DNA from: an uncultured Chloroflexia bacterium
GTDB taxonomy: Bacteria; Chloroflexota; Limnocylindria; Limnocylindrales; CSP1-4
Assembly: GCA_963731635.1 (NCBI GenBank)
Contig: CAVSWB010000001.1
Location: 713,679 to 777,678 of the forward strand
Length of the DNA: 64,000 nt
Direction of reading: 5' to 3'
The position numbers and the translations under genes are program-made. Position 1 is the stretch's first letter; each line of letters opens with the position of its first letter. Below are positions 16,945-26,185 of this stretch, in pieces. Under the pieces are notes generated by a model that saw nothing but the letters and a program-made list of their open reading frames with translations, had not been told where the DNA came from and ran no database searches.

Positions 16945-19260
16945 ATGCGACGCCAGAGGTCGAGCCCCGGAGTCGTTTGCGGGATCCTCGCGAGTGCGGC
17001 GATCCTCCTTCTCGGCCCCGTAGCCGCAGTCGTGCCGGTTGCCTCGGCGGCCGGCGGCACGTCCGCGAGCTGGACTTCCGCCGGCAGCCTCCAATCGGCC
17101 AGAGCGTTTGCCCCGGCGGTTCGCCTCACCGATGGCAGCGTGCTCGTCGCCGGCGGCTGGAACGGCTCCGGGTTCTTCTCATCCGCGGAGCGCTGGAACC
17201 CCGCGTCTCAAACCTGGTCCGGCGCGGGTGCCATAGGCCACGCCGCGTACGGGCAGGTAGCTTCGATACTCCCGGACGGCCGGGCACTCTACGCGGGTGG
17301 ATCCGACGATACGGGCTACTACGGTTTCGGCGACATCTACAACCCCGCGAGCAACGCCTGGACTCAGACGCCGGCCATGGCCCATCCACATTCGTTCGCG
17401 GCCGAGGCGACGCTCGCCAACGGCAACGTGCTCGTTGTCAGCGGCTATGACGGCGGTCCGGCGCTTCTCACCCCGGCCGTCGACCTCTACTCGGCCGCGG
17501 CTGGGACATGGAGCGCGGCGCAGGACCTTCCCGGTGGCGCCGGACGATACGGAATGACGGCTACGACCCTCGGAGACGGCTCGGTACTGGTGGCGGGCGG
17601 CAACAACGGAGCGCCCGACGGCAGCGCGGCGCTTTCGACCGCCGTGATCTACTCCCCGGCGACGGGCTGGTCCGCCGTCTCTTCGATGCAAGCGGCCCGG
17701 TTCGATCAGGCGGCCGTCCTGCTTACCAACGGAAGCGTCCTGGTGGCCGGCGGCTGCAACACCGACACGGCGCTGGCCTCGGCCGAAATCTACGACCCGG
17801 CCACGGGCCAGTGGAACCTCACCGGAAGCATGCTGGCCGCCCGGTGCGGTTTGACGCTCTCGAGACTTGCCGACGGGCGTGTTCTGGCGGTAGGTGGCTA
17901 TACGAGCGGTCCGACCCCGGCGTCGGCCGGTGCCGAGATCTACGACCCGACGACCGGAGCCTGGTCGGCGACCGCGTCGCTCGCCGAGGGGCGGCGTTAC
18001 CACTCGGCGACCGTGCTCCTCGACGGTCGAGTGCTGGTCAGCGGCGGCCGGGGCGCCCAGCCGGATACCTTCGTCGCTTCCTCGGAGGCCTATTCGCAGG
18101 CACAGCCGCCCAAGCCGACAACTTTCTATCCGGTTACTCCGGCTCGCATCCTGGATACGAGGTCGGGAAACGGGCTCAGCGGCGTGTTCGCAAATCGGGT
18201 CCCGCGATGGCTCCAGGTCACCGGCCGGGGCGGCGTGCCCGCCGGCGCCGTTGCAGTGACGGGCATCCTGACGGTTACCGGAGCGACACGTCAGGGCTAC
18301 GTCTCGTTGGGCCCGATCGCGACCAGCACCCCGGGATCGTCCAACCTCAACTTCCCGGCCGGCGACAATCGCGCCAACAACGTCGTCGTGGAGCTCGACC
18401 TTCTCGGCAGGCTCGCGGCCGTCTACGTCCCCAACGGGTCGGGGACGACTCAGCTCGTCTTCGACGTTACCGGCTACTTCCTCGCGGATGACAACGGCGC
18501 GACGTTCATGCCACTCGCCCCGGGGCGAGTGCTCGACAGTCGCAACGGGACGGGTCTCAGCGGGGCGTTTCCGACGGGTGTGGCCAGGAGCTTCCAGGTC
18601 ACCGGCAAGGCGGGCGTTCCGCCCGAAGCGGTGGCCGTGACGGGCAACCTGACCCTGGTCAGCCCGACGGGAATGGGCTGGGCGTTCGTCGGACCGGCGA
18701 TTCCCGCCAACCCCGCGTCTATCTGCTGCTCGACGGTGAACGCGCCGGCCAAGGACATCAGGGCGGACGGCGTGACCGTGGCGCTCGGCTCCGGTGGCAG
18801 TCTGAGCGCGGTGTGGGTCGGCCCGAAGGGATCGACGGCGAATCTGGTCTTCGACGTGACCGGCTATTTCGTGCAGGGCTTGTCCGGGGCCCATTTCGTG
18901 CCCATGGAACCGACCAGGTACGTCGACTCACGCATCGGTCAGCCGTTCAAGGGCCCGATCGGGGTCGGGGTTCCGGTGCCCATTGCGATCGCGGGCGTCG
19001 GCGACATTCCCTCGGGCGCGATGGGAATCAGCGGCAATCTGACCGTCACCAACCAGACCTACCAGGGTTACCTGGCTGTCAGCCCGACGACGAGCGGGAC
19101 CAATACGTCCACCCTCAACTTCCCGGCCGGCGATGTACGCGCCAACGGGTTCGATGTGAGCCTGGGCCCGGACGGCTCGCTGAGCGTGACCTATCAGGCG
19201 ACCCAAAGAGGTTCGACGACCCACTTCGTGCTGGACGTCGCCGGCTACTTCATCCGCTGA
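16945..19260 (+). CDS. secreted Kelch-repeat beta-propeller protein with three C-terminal repeat modules
   Basis: ORF 16744..19260 trimmed to the ATG at 16945, preceded by ggaggg. Signal peptide. Six to seven Kelch blades (VLVAGGWNG...WNPASQTWS, VLVAGGNNG...YSPATGWS, VLVAGGCNT...YDPATGQWN and others), then three ~120-aa repeats. Confidence 0.8.
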   Translation: MRRQRSSPGVVCGILASAAILLLGPVAAVVPVASAAGGTSASWTSAGSLQSARAFAPAVRLTDGSVLVAGGWNGSGFFSSAERWNPASQTWSGAGAIGHAAYGQVASILPDGRALYAGGSDDTGYYGFGDIYNPASNAWTQTPAMAHPHSFAAEATLANGNVLVVSGYDGGPALLTPAVDLYSAAAGTWSAAQDLPGGAGRYGMTATTLGDGSVLVAGGNNGAPDGSAALSTAVIYSPATGWSAVSSMQAARFDQAAVLLTNGSVLVAGGCNTDTALASAEIYDPATGQWNLTGSMLAARCGLTLSRLADGRVLAVGGYTSGPTPASAGAEIYDPTTGAWSATASLAEGRRYHSATVLLDGRVLVSGGRGAQPDTFVASSEAYSQAQPPKPTTFYPVTPARILDTRSGNGLSGVFANRVPRWLQVTGRGGVPAGAVAVTGILTVTGATRQGYVSLGPIATSTPGSSNLNFPAGDNRANNVVVELDLLGRLAAVYVPNGSGTTQLVFDVTGYFLADDNGATFMPLAPGRVLDSRNGTGLSGAFPTGVARSFQVTGKAGVPPEAVAVTGNLTLVSPTGMGWAFVGPAIPANPASICCSTVNAPAKDIRADGVTVALGSGGSLSAVWVGPKGSTANLVFDVTGYFVQGLSGAHFVPMEPTRYVDSRIGQPFKGPIGVGVPVPIAIAGVGDIPSGAMGISGNLTVTNQTYQGYLAVSPTTSGTNTSTLNFPAGDVRANGFDVSLGPDGSLSVTYQATQRGSTTHFVLDVAGYFIR
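18124..19257 (+). repeat. three tandem ~120-aa protein modules inside the Kelch gene (about 18124-18483, 18505-18873, 18895-19257)
   Basis: Each copy has P-x-R-[IV]-[LV]-D-[ST]-R, [AM]-[VI]-[ST]-G-N/I-L-T-V, LNFPAGD-x-RAN (degenerate in copy 2) and [LF]-V-[FL]-DV-[TA]-GYF. Read directly from the translation. Confidence 0.7.
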
Positions 19261-19400
19261 TATTCGCGGCCTGAGTTCCGGGATCGCAACTCGCTAGACC
19301 TTGGACTCGCGCCTGCCCATAATGCGGAGCAAGGGCTCGTTCACTGCGGTCGGCCCGCCGCGACTACTTACTCTGCACCGGTCCCCTGAGGAGACTGCCT

Positions 19401-20819
19401 GTGGACGTCACACAGCTGTCGCGGCTTCAGTTCGCGCTGACCGTCAGCTTCCACTTCATCTTCCCCGCCATAACGATCGGCCTCGCCATGCTGATCGCCG
19501 TAGTGGAAACGATGCGCTGGCGAACCAGGCGCGACGTTTACGACCGCTTGTCGGTCTTCATGACGAAGCTATTCGCGGTCACCTTCGTGATCGGCGTGGT
19601 GAGCGGCATCGTCATGGAGTTCGAGTTCGGCACGAACTGGTCGCGGTTCTCCGGCTTCGTGGGCGACATTCTCGGTGCCCCGCTCGCGGCCGAAGGGATC
19701 CTCGCCTTCTTCCTCGAGTCCGCCTTCGTCGGCCTCATTCTTTTCGGCCGGCATCTCGTGTCCTCGACCGTGCGCTGGCTGGCCGGCGTCCTGGTGTTCG
19801 TCGGAACGACCCTGTCGGCGTTCTGGATCCTGGTCGCGAACTCGTGGATGCAGACTCCTGCCGGCTACATCTGCACGCCCGACCCGAGCTGCAACGTGAA
19901 CGTGGCAGGGGAGAAGGCCGTGCTCACGGACTTCTGGGCTGCGGTCTTCAGCCCGTCGATCCTGCCGCGCTTCCTTCACACGGTTTCGGCCTGCTACGTG
20001 ACGGGCGCCTTCTTCCTGATGGGCATCACGGCGTGGTACGTCCTGCGCGGCCGCAACCTCGACATAGCCAGGATCGCCTTGCCGCTCACCATGGTGATCG
20101 CCTTCGTCGGATCCGGGCTCATGTTCGTCACCGGCGACCTCCAGACCCGCGAGGTCTACGCCTGGCAGCCCATCAAGTTCGCGGCGATGGAAGGTGTGTT
20201 CCAGACCGAAAACGGAGCGCCGCTAGACCTGTTCGCTCTGCCGCCTGCCCAGACCGGCCCGCTGAACCTGGCGATCGGGATCCCCAATGGCCTGAGCCTG
20301 CTGACCCTCGGCGACCCCAACGGCCAGATCAAGGGGCTCGCGGCCTGGGACCAGTCGCTGTGGCCTCCCGTGGCGATGACGTTCGTGGGCTTCCACACGA
20401 TGGTCGGCCTAGGCTCGTTGATGCTCCTGCTGATGCTGTTCGGGATCTTCTTCCTGTGGCGAAAGACGATCGAGAAACAGAAGCTCTGGCTCAAGCTGGC
20501 GGTCCTGTCGATTCCGCTGCCGATCCTGGCCGTCGAGTTCGGCTGGATGACGGCCGAAGTCGGACGGCAGCCATGGATCGTGTACAACCTGATGCGCACG
20601 GTCGAGGGCACTTCCCCGGCCGTTTCCGCAACCGACGTCGCCCTCTCCATCGGGGCGATCGTGGTCCTGTACGTGCTGCTCCTGTTCCTGTGGCTCTACG
20701 CGATTCGCAAGGAGATCATCACGGGACCCGATCCCACGCCCGTCCCGGAGCCGGCCGCCTCGCCGCCGGCCGCCCCGCCGCCGGCCGAGGTCGCCGCCGC
20801 CGCCGGGGGAGACCACTGA
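19401..20819 (+). CDS. cydA: cytochrome bd ubiquinol oxidase subunit I
   Basis: 472 aa with a GTG start. LSRLQFALTVSFHFIFPAITIGLA... and WMTAEVGRQPW are CydA signatures. Confidence 0.95.
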   Translation: MDVTQLSRLQFALTVSFHFIFPAITIGLAMLIAVVETMRWRTRRDVYDRLSVFMTKLFAVTFVIGVVSGIVMEFEFGTNWSRFSGFVGDILGAPLAAEGILAFFLESAFVGLILFGRHLVSSTVRWLAGVLVFVGTTLSAFWILVANSWMQTPAGYICTPDPSCNVNVAGEKAVLTDFWAAVFSPSILPRFLHTVSACYVTGAFFLMGITAWYVLRGRNLDIARIALPLTMVIAFVGSGLMFVTGDLQTREVYAWQPIKFAAMEGVFQTENGAPLDLFALPPAQTGPLNLAIGIPNGLSLLTLGDPNGQIKGLAAWDQSLWPPVAMTFVGFHTMVGLGSLMLLLMLFGIFFLWRKTIEKQKLWLKLAVLSIPLPILAVEFGWMTAEVGRQPWIVYNLMRTVEGTSPAVSATDVALSIGAIVVLYVLLLFLWLYAIRKEIITGPDPTPVPEPAASPPAAPPPAEVAAAAGGDH

Positions 20820-20820
20820 C

Positions 20821-21834
20821 ATGGAACTCTCGGCTGTCTGGTTCCTGCTCCTCGGCGTCCTGTTCACCGGCTATGCCCTCCTCGACGGTTTCGACCTGGG
20901 GGCGGGCGCGATCCACCTCTTCGTCGCCAGGACCGACCTCGAGCGACGCGGCGTCCTCAGTGCCATCGGCCCGGTCTGGGATGGCAACGAGGTCTGGCTG
21001 ATCACGGCCGGAGGCGCGCTCTTTGCCGCCTTCCCCCTCGTCTACGGAACGGCCCTCTCGGGCTTCTATCTCGCGGTCGTGCTGCTCCTCGGTTCTCTCA
21101 TTCTCCGCGGTGTTTCGATCGAATTCCGAGGCAAGGAATCCAACCTGTTGTGGCGCCGCGGCTGGGATTTCCTGTTCTCGCTTGGATCGTTCCTTGCGGC
21201 GCTCCTCTTCGGCGTGGCGCTCGGCAATGTCATGCGCGGCATCCCGCTCGACGCGGACGGTGTCTACCGCGGCGGCTTCGTCGGCTTGCTCAATCCGTTC
21301 TCGCTGGCGGTGGGCGTGCTCACGGTCGGAGTGTCGGTCCAGCAGGGCACGGCCTGGCTGGTGCTCAAGACGGAGGGCGCGCTGGCCGACCGCGCCCGCC
21401 GAATACAGCTCGTGGCCATAGCCATCGTGGCGGTGAGCTGGGTCGGTTCCACGCTGATCGCGCTCGGCGACGCGAAACCCTTATTCGACAATTTCGCCAC
21501 CCCGATCGCCTGGGTCGGTCCTGTGCTGGTATTCCACTCCCTGGCGTTCCTGCTCAGGTCGAATCTGCGTCGGCAGGCCGCGAACGCATTTCTGTGCTCG
21601 TGCCTGGCGATCATCGGCCTGGCGATCACGGCCGGGACGGCCCTTTATCCGAACCTTCTGCGCTCGACCGGTGCCGGCGCGAGCCTGACGGTCCACGGCG
21701 CTCATTCATCCGACCTGACCATGTCGGTGATGCTGGTCGTCGCCGTGATAGGCATGCCCATCGTGATCGCCTACACGAGCTACATCTACTGGAAGTTCAA
21801 GGGAAAGGTCAGTCTGGGCGAGACCAGCTACTGA
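20821..21834 (+). CDS. cydB: cytochrome bd ubiquinol oxidase subunit II
   Basis: 337 aa. It starts 1 nt after the cydA stop. LDGFDLGAG...WDGNEVWL is typical of CydB. Confidence 0.9.
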   Translation: MELSAVWFLLLGVLFTGYALLDGFDLGAGAIHLFVARTDLERRGVLSAIGPVWDGNEVWLITAGGALFAAFPLVYGTALSGFYLAVVLLLGSLILRGVSIEFRGKESNLLWRRGWDFLFSLGSFLAALLFGVALGNVMRGIPLDADGVYRGGFVGLLNPFSLAVGVLTVGVSVQQGTAWLVLKTEGALADRARRIQLVAIAIVAVSWVGSTLIALGDAKPLFDNFATPIAWVGPVLVFHSLAFLLRSNLRRQAANAFLCSCLAIIGLAITAGTALYPNLLRSTGAGASLTVHGAHSSDLTMSVMLVVAVIGMPIVIAYTSYIYWKFKGKVSLGETSY

Positions 21835-21882
21835 ACTGCGGAGCAGTCGACGCGGATCGCCGCGCCCTGATCGCCCGAGTCT

Positions 21883-23208
21883 CTACCAGTCCGGCGAGAT
21901 CTGCCGATCCAGGAATTCGACGGGAGTCATTCGGGGGCGGATGAGGCGGGCCGTGCCGCCCTGGACGGCGACTTCGGCCGGTGAGCCGTGCGATAGGAAC
22001 ATCGGCATCGATTCGGTGAAGCCATAGGCGCCGACGTCGAGGAGCGCGATGAGATCGCCGACCTGTGGCCGCGGCAGCAGCGCCGCGTGCGCGAAAACGT
22101 CGATGCCGGTGCAGAGCGGTCCCGCGACGGTGACCGGAACACGGCGCCGCGAACCGGCGTCGTCCGCGAGAAGCGCGAGGCGGTGCTCCTGGCGCACCAG
22201 CGCCGGCCTGAGGACGTGGTTGATGCCGCCGTCGAGGATCGCGACCGGTGCGGAGGGCGTGCCCTTGACATCCACGACTCGTGCCACGTAAGCGCCTGCC
22301 GGCCCGACGAGGAAGCGGCCGGGCTCGAGAAGCACCGCCATCTGGCTGAGCGCGAGATCCCGGGACCAGGCCGCGTCAAGTTCGGCCAGTCGCGAGCCCA
22401 GCAGATCCAGATCCAGAGGCGGCTCCCCGTCGGCGTAGGAAATCCCCAGGCCGCCGCCCGCGTCGACGAGGCAGAGGGGAACGCCGGCTTCGGCTGCCGC
22501 CTCGCGGCCCACTGCCACGATCTTCGCCACGTGGTCGGCCAGTCGGTCGGCGTCGCGCAGGTTCGAGGCGCCGAAGGCGTGCACGCCGAGCCATTCCAAA
22601 TGCGGCGATCGGGCCGCGTAGCGCGCCGCTCCCCGGAGATCCTCGAGCGGCATGCCGAACTTGCCGGCGGCTCCGCCGATGAGCCTGACCTGCTCGAACT
22701 CGGCGTCTTCCGAGACGGACAGCCGCAACATCACGGGCTGGCGCCGACCCAAACCGGCGGCGACCTCTTCCAGGCGGCGCAGCTCGCCCGGAGACTCGAC
22801 GGTGACGGCGCCGATACCGGCGGCAACCGCGGCCGCCAGCTCCACCGTGGTCTTGCCGGGTCCCGTCATCGCGATAGCGACCGGGCCGAAGCCCGCCCGC
22901 AAGACCGTCTCGAGCTCGCCGCCGGAAGCGATGTCGGCGCCGAGCCCAAGGCGCGCCATGTGCGCGACCACGGCCAGCGCGGGGTTGGCCTTGATCGCGA
23001 AGGCGAGCCTGAACCGCGGCGGCAGGGTGGCGCGAAGGGCGGCCACCCGGCGGCCGATCAGGTCGAGGTCGTAGACGTAGAACGGCGTGCCGAATTCGCC
23101 GGCCAGAGCCTCGGCCGAAACGCCCGCGAGCAGGCCGGCCTGGAGAATCCCGCCGCCGGCGCCCATTCGCGCCGAGACGCCCGTTCGCGCGGCCGGAATG
23201 CCGGTCAT
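21883..23208 (-). CDS. lysA: diaminopimelate decarboxylase
   Basis: ORF 21883..23658 trimmed to the ATG at 23208, which forms an ATGA overlap with the dapD stop. FGTPFYVYD...FAIKANP...SGGELE...GGGLGI is the fold-III PLP decarboxylase pattern. The operon context with dapBAD supports the call. Confidence 0.85.
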   Translation of the reverse strand: MTGIPAARTGVSARMGAGGGILQAGLLAGVSAEALAGEFGTPFYVYDLDLIGRRVAALRATLPPRFRLAFAIKANPALAVVAHMARLGLGADIASGGELETVLRAGFGPVAIAMTGPGKTTVELAAAVAAGIGAVTVESPGELRRLEEVAAGLGRRQPVMLRLSVSEDAEFEQVRLIGGAAGKFGMPLEDLRGAARYAARSPHLEWLGVHAFGASNLRDADRLADHVAKIVAVGREAAAEAGVPLCLVDAGGGLGISYADGEPPLDLDLLGSRLAELDAAWSRDLALSQMAVLLEPGRFLVGPAGAYVARVVDVKGTPSAPVAILDGGINHVLRPALVRQEHRLALLADDAGSRRRVPVTVAGPLCTGIDVFAHAALLPRPQVGDLIALLDVGAYGFTESMPMFLSHGSPAEVAVQGGTARLIRPRMTPVEFLDRQISPDW

Positions 23209-24029
23209 CGGAGCGCCTCCTCGAGGGCGACCCGGGCGTCGGTCCGCTCGTCGCGGTACTTGACCACGACCGCGGCCGAAAGGGCGAGACCCTCGCGCTC
23301 GGCGAACGAACCCGCGATCGCCCGAACCCCCGGCACCACGACGGCCCCGGCCGGCACGGCCAGCGGACGCTCCAGCGTGCCGACGATCACTCGCTCGTTG
23401 ACCAGGTCGTAGAGCCGGCTCGTGCCGGTCAGGATCACACCGGCCGCGATGACCGCTCCCCGCTTCACCAGTACGCCCTCCAGAAGCGCCGCCTGGGCGC
23501 CGACGAACGCCTCGTCCTCGACGATCACGGGACGGCGACCGGCCGGCTCGAGCACGCCGCCGATCTGGACGCCGGCCGAAAGATGGACCCGCGCCCCGAT
23601 CTGCGCGCACGACCCGACGAGGACGTGCGAGTCGACCATCGTGCCTTCGCCGACCCACGCGCCGACGTTGATGAAGGACGGCGGCATGACCGTGACGCCC
23701 GGAGCCAGGTAGACGCCGCCCCGCACCGAAGTACCGCCCGGGACGACTCGCCAGGGGCGTCCGGCCGCCAGGGCCGCGAGCGCCTCCGGCGAATCCACGA
23801 GGCGCTTGAGCGGCAGGCCCACGCGATCGCGGAACTGGAACGCGCCGTCGAGATCCCAGGTTTCCGTGGCGCGGTCGGCGAAGAGCAGGAGGATCGACCC
23901 CTGGACGTCCGAATTCACGCGCCAGCCGTCGTCCGCCCGGGGGTCGGGCTCGGCCGCGCGGACCCGTCCTTCGTCCAGGGCCGCCAGGATTCCGCCTGCG
24001 ATTGCCTCGCTGCTCACGCTCGAAGTCAC
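23205..24029 (-). CDS. dapD: 2,3,4,5-tetrahydropyridine-2,6-dicarboxylate N-succinyltransferase
   Basis: 274 aa. MPPSFINVGAWVGEGTMVDSHVLVGSCAQIG..VHLSAGVQIGGVLEP closely parallels the E. coli DapD hexapeptide region. Confidence 0.9.
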   Translation of the reverse strand: MTSSVSSEAIAGGILAALDEGRVRAAEPDPRADDGWRVNSDVQGSILLLFADRATETWDLDGAFQFRDRVGLPLKRLVDSPEALAALAAGRPWRVVPGGTSVRGGVYLAPGVTVMPPSFINVGAWVGEGTMVDSHVLVGSCAQIGARVHLSAGVQIGGVLEPAGRRPVIVEDEAFVGAQAALLEGVLVKRGAVIAAGVILTGTSRLYDLVNERVIVGTLERPLAVPAGAVVVPGVRAIAGSFAEREGLALSAAVVVKYRDERTDARVALEEALR

Positions 24030-24036
24030 GCCCCCG

Positions 24037-24990
24037 CTACTTCTGCGCGGAGGCGAGTTGCGCCGTCCGAGCAGGCGTCGAGTGTAGTCCTCCCGTGGCC
24101 TGGAGGATCATCTGGAGCCGGGCTCGATAAGGCTCGTCCAGTGGGAGCAGTGGCGCTCGCAGAACGTCGCTCAACAGACCCATCATCGACATCGCGGCCT
24201 TGACCGGAACCGGGTTCGGCCCGCCGGCGAAGTTGGCCTTCATGAGGGGCAGCCACCGTTCGTGGATCCGGCGCGCCGTATCCCAGTCACCGGCGAAGGC
24301 GGCATCGCACATCTCGGCCATCTCGCCGGGGATCTCGTTCGCGCAGGTGCAGATGACGCCGTCGCCGCCCATCGCGAGCATCGGCAGCGTCCAGGTGTCG
24401 TCGCCGGCAAAGACGGAGAAGCCGGCCGGGCGATCGCGCAGGATCGTGGCGATCTGATCCATGTTCGCCGACGCTTCCTTGACCGCCACGATCCGCGGAT
24501 GCTCGGCCAGCCGCAGAAGAGTGGCCGCTTCCACGTTCACGCCGGTTCGGCCGGGGACGTTGTAGACGATGATCGGCAGATCGCCTTCATCGGCGACCGC
24601 CCGGAAGTGCGACTCGAGCATTCGCTGATCCGGCTTGTTGTAATACGGCGCGACGACAAGGGCAGCGTCCATGCCGATTTCGGCGGCGCGGCGCGTGGCG
24701 CGGATCGCGGTCGCGGTGCTGTTCGAGCCGGTCCCGGCGATGACCCAGACGCGAGCCCGGCTCGCCCTTTCGGAGGCGATCTCCAGCGTCGTGGCGATCA
24801 CCCACTCGTCTTCTTCGTGGCTGAGGGTCGGCGTCTCGCCCGTCGTGCCGCAGGCCACGAGGCCGTGGATACCGGCGTCGATCTGGCGGCGGACGAGGCT
24901 GCGGAAGGTCTCCTCGTCGATTGCGCCGGTGCTCGTGAAGGGCGTTACGAGGGCCGTAAAGGCCCCTCTGAACGGTCGAATGGCTCGCAT
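24037..24990 (-). CDS. dapA: 4-hydroxy-tetrahydrodipicolinate synthase
   Basis: ORF trimmed to the ATG at 24990, with aggag upstream. FTALVTPF...GLVACGTTGE...VIAGTGSNST...APYYNKP...IVYNVPGRTG...AVKEAS. Confidence 0.9.
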   Translation of the reverse strand: MRAIRPFRGAFTALVTPFTSTGAIDEETFRSLVRRQIDAGIHGLVACGTTGETPTLSHEEDEWVIATTLEIASERASRARVWVIAGTGSNSTATAIRATRRAAEIGMDAALVVAPYYNKPDQRMLESHFRAVADEGDLPIIVYNVPGRTGVNVEAATLLRLAEHPRIVAVKEASANMDQIATILRDRPAGFSVFAGDDTWTLPMLAMGGDGVICTCANEIPGEMAEMCDAAFAGDWDTARRIHERWLPLMKANFAGGPNPVPVKAAMSMMGLLSDVLRAPLLPLDEPYRARLQMILQATGGLHSTPARTAQLASAQK

Positions 24991-24998
24991 TGGAACTC

Positions 24999-25799
24999 CT
25001 ATCGGTCGCCGTTTCGGGCGTGGGTTGCTTGATCGGTCGCCGCGCTCCCGGCGGCGAGGATGGAGTCGAGGACGTCGTCGAAGCTGTGGAAGCCCGGCGA
25101 CCTGGGCTCGGCGAGGAGCCAGTCGGCCGCCGTCAGCGCTCCGGCCGCGTAAGCCGAGCGGTCGCGGGCGGTGAGGCGCATCTCGAGGCTCTCGCCCGGG
25201 GCGTCGAAGCCGACGAGATGCATGCCGGGCGAGCTGCCGGCGCGGATCACCGCCACGTCCAGCTCCTCGGGAGCGGGGGCGCCGTGGGCCAGAGGCCTCG
25301 CCACTCGCTCCTTGCGGGGGTGGGCGGCGATGAGCCGCCGCGACAGCTCCAGGGCGGTGCCGGAGGGCCGGTCTGCCTTGGTGCGGCGGTGCCATTCCAC
25401 GATATACGGGTCGTACTCGGCGAACGGTCCGAACAGGCGCGCGGCATCTTCGACCAATCGAGCGAAGAGCATCACGCCGAGACTGAAGCTGGCCGAGGCC
25501 ACGGCCGCGGCTTCGTGCGCCACGAGCAGCTCGCCGACCTCGGCGCGGTCGGTCGCCCAGCTCGTCGTCCCGATCACGAAGCTGCGTACGCCGCCGGCCA
25601 GGGCCGCGCGGACGTTGGGCAGCACGGCCTCGCCGACGCTGAAGTCGAAGAGGACCTCCGCTCCGTCGAAAGTCGTCCGGGGCGTGGCCGGCGGTGGGCC
25701 GGCATGCCGAGGATCGCCAGCGGCGGCGTGCCACGTGCCGGCCAGCGCGGCTGCTACCGCGCGGCCCATGGCTCCGTCTCCTGCGACGATGGTCTGCAT
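24999..25799 (-). CDS. dapB: 4-hydroxy-tetrahydrodipicolinate reductase
   Basis: 266 aa. IGTTSW...FSLGV...EWHRRTKADRPSGTA...RAGSSPGMH are DapB motifs. Confidence 0.9.
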   Translation of the reverse strand: MQTIVAGDGAMGRAVAAALAGTWHAAAGDPRHAGPPPATPRTTFDGAEVLFDFSVGEAVLPNVRAALAGGVRSFVIGTTSWATDRAEVGELLVAHEAAAVASASFSLGVMLFARLVEDAARLFGPFAEYDPYIVEWHRRTKADRPSGTALELSRRLIAAHPRKERVARPLAHGAPAPEELDVAVIRAGSSPGMHLVGFDAPGESLEMRLTARDRSAYAAGALTAADWLLAEPRSPGFHSFDDVLDSILAAGSAATDQATHARNGDR

Positions 25800-25881
25800 A
25801 TGGCTCGATCTCCTGAGTTGTGATCACGTCTCGGCCGGGGTTTCGCGGACGGTGCGTCGCGATCGGGCCGCGATCCGCCGG

Positions 25882-25918
25882 ACAAAAAGAAGCCGCGGCA
25901 CCTCAGCGATGTCGCGGC
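25882..25918 (-). terminator. intrinsic-terminator-like hairpin about 85 nt upstream of dapB (attenuator, or the end of the upstream gene's transcript)
   Basis: Minus-strand RNA GCCGCG-A-CAUC-GCUGA-GGUG-C-CGCGGC followed by UUCUUUUUGU. Confidence 0.45.
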
Positions 25919-26185
25919 CCCGGGAGCCCTCCGCCTTCGGCTCCGGGTTCTGGTGAACGCCGTCGAGCCTAGGGCCTCGTCTCCGGACGGGGCCGCCAGG
26001 GCTTTATCTTGGATTCACCGGTCGGCATAGTTCGCATGCCGGGAGTATGCATGGCGAAGGGCATATGCGCAAGTGTTGCGCTGACTATGCAGGGTGAATA
26101 TGTCGCGACTGCATAGTCGGTATGCAATTCGGATGCTCACCCGTGCAGTGGGCCCTTCGAGGTGGTCCGCGCCGCGCGGCTGGCA

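Noticed and set aside
17179-18894. Very long ORFs antisense to or overlapping real genes. Examples: 17179..18894, 28027..29673, 51658..53712, 32808..34778, 10007..11323, 44875..46509, 43554..45098, 19301..21001, 1787..2737, 3231..4436.
   Set aside because: Their translations are Arg/Pro/Gly/Ala-rich strings with no motifs. They lie opposite or out of frame to ORFs with clear family signatures. Long stop-free antisense frames are expected in DNA this GC-rich.
25800-26000. Lysine (L-box) riboswitch upstream of dapB.
   Set aside because: Only GCCGAAGG and a terminator-like hairpin are present. The segment is roughly 110 nt instead of about 180 nt. It lacks the AGAGGNGC start, the loop-E/kink-turn elements and the ACUGUCA 3' core. 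It is reported only as an unexplained leader.
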